Origin: a virus
Lineage: Duplodnaviria > Heunggongvirae > Uroviricota > Caudoviricetes
Direction: 5' to 3' (one strand)
IMG/VR virus record: IMGVR_UViG_2724679236_000005
Location: 1-19,843 of that record
DNA length: 19,843 nt
The number at the start of each line of letters is the position of its first letter. The stretch's first letter is position 1. The notes beneath the pieces are model-generated. The model ran no database searches. It was not told where the DNA came from and was given only the letters and a program-made list of their open reading frames with translations. The position numbers and the translations under genes were made by a program. Below are positions 17,580-19,843 of this stretch, piece by piece.

Positions 17580-17921
17580 ATGTCGTCTATGCTTTTAACT
17601 CGAACATTCAATGAAGAGAAATGCTCTATGGTTATTGGTATGCAGGAATCAAAAAATTGCCCTGTATGCGGCTCTGATGCCACATGGACAAATCACGATA
17701 CGTGCTGGAAAATTCATTGCAGTGGTTTTTGCGGTGATTTTTTAATCACAACCACTACGATAAATTATCTGAAGGGCGATGCACTAAGGCGTCTTGATGC
17801 CAACGATCTCTTAAGAGAGCCAACAACACTCAAGACACCTTTAACAAACAAAATCCTTGCTGAATATGCTCGTACAAAATATCCCGTGCACATCTTTGAA
17901 GGTCACTATCCGGGCTATTAG
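17580..17921 (+). CDS. Hypothetical Cys-rich (zinc-ribbon-like) protein
   Basis: ORF with CPVCG...C-x4-C-x3-C cluster; more likely start is ATG at 17628 (GAAGAG upstream) than 17580; stop overlaps the convergent minus-strand ORF by 3 nt. Confidence 0.45.
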   Translation: MSSMLLTRTFNEEKCSMVIGMQESKNCPVCGSDATWTNHDTCWKIHCSGFCGDFLITTTTINYLKGDALRRLDANDLLREPTTLKTPLTNKILAEYARTKYPVHIFEGHYPGY

Positions 17922-18196
17922 TCAGTGCTAGTAACTTTCGGAATAGGAGAAATTTTAGATGTGTGATAATTCATCTCGTCGATAGTCTGAGGAATTAACT
18001 CACTCGCGCCATTTGCAACTGCAACGCGATAATGCGGTCCATTCCATCGACTAAAATCGGAGCGTTCATAAATTACCACCTCATCCCCCACAGAAACCCT
18101 TAACTCCGTGCTACCTACGGGTTCAATAGCGGAATTAGAATAAATGTCTTCAACACGACCGTGAAAAGGCCCACCAACGAACAAAAACTGTGACAT
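17918..18196 (-). CDS. Hypothetical protein
   Basis: 92-aa ORF; ATG at 18196 with AGGA 8 nt upstream; no TMD, no recognised motif. Confidence 0.45.
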   Translation of the reverse strand: MSQFLFVGGPFHGRVEDIYSNSAIEPVGSTELRVSVGDEVVIYERSDFSRWNGPHYRVAVANGASELIPQTIDEMNYHTSKISPIPKVTSTD

Positions 18197-18334
18197 ATAA
18201 TTTCCTATTAAAAAATAACCAGTTAAATCGGCATTTAAAAATATGTCATATTTATGATTCTGTCTTTAGCACCTTTGTGTGGTCAGGTTGCCTGGGCCAA
18301 ATGATCAATCATCAATTCATTAAGATAAATTACC

Positions 18335-18529
18335 CTATTTTCCAACAGGGCATGAAGCCACTGCCCCAGTTGAATCAATACAACCACCGTCCGCAGTGGT
18401 AATTTTCGTACCCGGCGCGATCATCACGTGTTTAATACTGCTGCCGTCAGCGCGAGTCGCTTCGGTGTATGTCGAATGTGTGCAGCCTGCCAGCGTGAAG
18501 AACGCGACAGCTAAGAGAAGTTTTTTCAC
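18335..18529 (-). CDS. Small outer-membrane lipoprotein in the lysis cassette (possible o-spanin-like or Bor/Cor-like)
   Basis: 64 aa; GTG start 7 nt after the endolysin stop with AGGT upstream; signal peptide MKKLLLAVAFFTLAG-C with lipobox LAGC and Thr at +2; two further Cys in the mature part. Confidence 0.6.
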   Translation of the reverse strand: MKKLLLAVAFFTLAGCTHSTYTEATRADGSSIKHVMIAPGTKITTADGGCIDSTGAVASCPVGK

Positions 18530-18536
18530 GTTTTAC

Positions 18537-19016
18537 CTACGCTTCTGAGATAGATTTCTCAGCATTCACCAATGGAAGTGATTGTGGAACATCCGTTTGA
18601 CCTGCTGGCCAGCGATAGCCTGTTACGCGGGAACGAGGAAAAGCTTTGATATTTACTTCATCTGCCTGGTTACCACCCAAAATCATTAAATCCCCGGCGG
18701 CATTTTTCCCGACAACAAAGCCAACGTGACCACCGCCAGACCGAGACAGAATAGCAATGCATCCATAGGCGGGTTCCTTCAGTTCATTACCCCAATCGAG
18801 ATAAGAATTCGCAGACTCAAAACGCGTTGAGCGAATACCCGCACGTTCCAGCATTGCCCCGGTGAAAGCAGCGCACCACGGTGTTTCGTCATCCTTAATG
18901 CCGCCGCGTTTGATATCTTTCCAGTACTGCACAATTTCTGCAGCATGTTGCTTCCCTTTCATTTCCCGAATGCCGAGGTTTTTTCGAGCCTCAATTAGCC
19001 ATTTCGGATCGGTCAT
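18537..19016 (-). CDS. Putative endolysin, Cys/His peptidase type (CHAP/NlpC-P60-like, TIGR02594-like)
   Basis: 159 aa; candidate catalytic Cys in ETPWCAAFTG and His in GGGHVGFVVG; no signal peptide or TMD; sits after two membrane proteins. Confidence 0.6.
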   Translation of the reverse strand: MTDPKWLIEARKNLGIREMKGKQHAAEIVQYWKDIKRGGIKDDETPWCAAFTGAMLERAGIRSTRFESANSYLDWGNELKEPAYGCIAILSRSGGGHVGFVVGKNAAGDLMILGGNQADEVNIKAFPRSRVTGYRWPAGQTDVPQSLPLVNAEKSISEA

Positions 19017-19288
19017 TACCTGTCTCCTGTTATTTTTGAAATATTTCCTCGTGCCCGCCAGACAGCAATACAGATGGTGAGATTGAGAAAGAACTCTGCG
19101 GGATCAACCTGCGTATATTTTCCGTATAAAATTCGTAGGGCTATCCAAGCAGCAGACAGAATCGCCAGGTAAGCAGTTAGTGAGATAAAAAAACGATAGC
19201 GGCCTGTTTTTTGAAAAAACATCAACCGTAGTGCCAACATCAGACAGATAATTGCATTGGCATTGATGAGGACAGAGTGCAGGGTCAT
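19016..19288 (-). CDS. Small membrane protein with three predicted TMDs (holin or antiholin-like)
   Basis: 90 aa with three hydrophobic segments; ATG overlaps the upstream stop; directly upstream of the endolysin gene. Confidence 0.5.
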   Translation of the reverse strand: MTLHSVLINANAIICLMLALRLMFFQKTGRYRFFISLTAYLAILSAAWIALRILYGKYTQVDPAEFFLNLTICIAVWRARGNISKITGDR

Positions 19289-19671
19289 TATTTCATCCCC
19301 TTATCTGATTTCCATAAACGAGCTTGTGACATGATCCGCAACAGTGATGTAACGCTGATTACTGATGCAACCAGTGCACCAATGGCGGGAGATACTTTTA
19401 CTGTTATGGGTGGGTTCAGGTGACTCAGCGCCGCATTCAGAATACCGGTAATGATGGCTGATGCTGTTTCAGCGCAATACACACCACCAACAAACGAAAT
19501 GAGTGCGAAAATAACCTGCTTCCAGAATCGATGCTGCCCAGACGACAACACATAGAGAGCTGCGCCTGCCAGCGCACAGATCATCACTGCAGGTGTTGCC
19601 TCAGGAAATAACGCAGCAAACGTCACCCCCGCCGAGCCAGCAGCAACGCCAGCGGTTAGAGGTTCAGACAT
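19288..19671 (-). CDS. Holin-like membrane protein (first gene of the lysis cassette)
   Basis: 127 aa from ATG 19671 (SD AGGA 8 nt upstream), 3-4 hydrophobic helices, charged C-terminal tail. The track ORF to 19839 uses a GTG inside the terminal repeat and is judged an over-extension. Confidence 0.6.
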   Translation of the reverse strand: MSEPLTAGVAAGSAGVTFAALFPEATPAVMICALAGAALYVLSSGQHRFWKQVIFALISFVGGVYCAETASAIITGILNAALSHLNPPITVKVSPAIGALVASVISVTSLLRIMSQARLWKSDKGMK

Positions 19672-19685
19672 GATTTTTCCTGATT

Positions 19686-19715
19686 CAGAAACGACAAAAC
19701 CCCGCCGTGGCGAGG
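19686..19715 (-). terminator. Putative intrinsic terminator/attenuator in the leader upstream of the holin gene
   Basis: Minus-strand RNA CCUCGC-CACG-GCGGGG (6-bp stem with one G-U) followed by UUUUGUCGUUUCUG, ending 14 nt before the holin SD; position analogous to lambda tR' between pR' and S. Confidence 0.35.
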
Positions 19716-19783
19716 TTCTTAGGGATTTGGCAACATACCAAATTAGCGTTAAATATGGCCTATTTTGTTCGGTTTTGCAAGTA

Positions 19784-19841
19784 TTTGTATGGGTCCACCA
19801 CATATTGCAATTTTTGTTCTCTCTTAAAATATATTCCACGG
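19784..19841. repeat. Right arm of the perfect 58-bp terminal inverted repeat (partner 1-58)
   Basis: Exact reverse complement of 1-58; lies in the putative late leader/promoter region upstream of the holin gene. Confidence 0.9.
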
Positions 19842-19843
19842 GT

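Noticed and set aside
18190-18402. 70-aa plus-strand ORF
   Set aside because: Overlaps the lipoprotein gene 3' end antisense, low-complexity sequence, no SD.
19288-19839. 183-aa ORF in the track, starting at GTG 19839
   Set aside because: The start lies inside the terminal inverted repeat with no SD, and the N-terminal 56 aa are not protein-like. ATG at 19671 with AGGA at -8 gives a 127-aa holin-sized product.
1-19843. Terminal inverted repeats as the ends of an IS, transposon or complete linear genome
   Set aside because: No transposase, recombinase or terminal-protein/DNA polymerase genes; the left repeat lies inside an open tape measure reading frame, so the phage genome clearly continues beyond the window.
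1-19843. CRISPR arrays, tRNA or rRNA genes, integrase or att site
   Set aside because: No regularly spaced direct repeats, no cloverleaf-like conserved tRNA motifs and no integrase-like ORF were seen; the window is essentially all late-gene coding sequence.

Overview
The window is a nearly gene-saturated block of a tailed-phage (prophage) late region, almost entirely on the minus strand. All calls rest on reading the sequence and the supplied ORF track and comparing them with lambda and P2 proteins from memory; no database search was run. Reading right to left (direction of transcription): a lysis cassette (19671-18335: two multi-TMD holin-like proteins, a Cys/His peptidase-type endolysin, an outer-membrane lipoprotein), a small accessory island with three uncharacterised ORFs on both strands (17051-18196), a lambda-like cos region (about 16700-16810), then a lambda-type head module (Nu1-like terS, gpA-like terL, gpW, gpB portal, gpC protease/scaffold, gpD decoration, gpE major capsid, FI, FII), two uncharacterised junction proteins, and a P2-type contractile tail module (V, W, J, I, H-like fibre, sheath, tube, E/E', and the 5' part of the tape measure gene, which runs off the left edge). 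There is no integrase, repressor, replication gene, tRNA or CRISPR array, so this is only part of a phage genome. The most unexpected observations are a perfect 58-bp inverted repeat at the two ends of the window, the accessory island between cos and the lysis genes, and the atypical lysis cassette.
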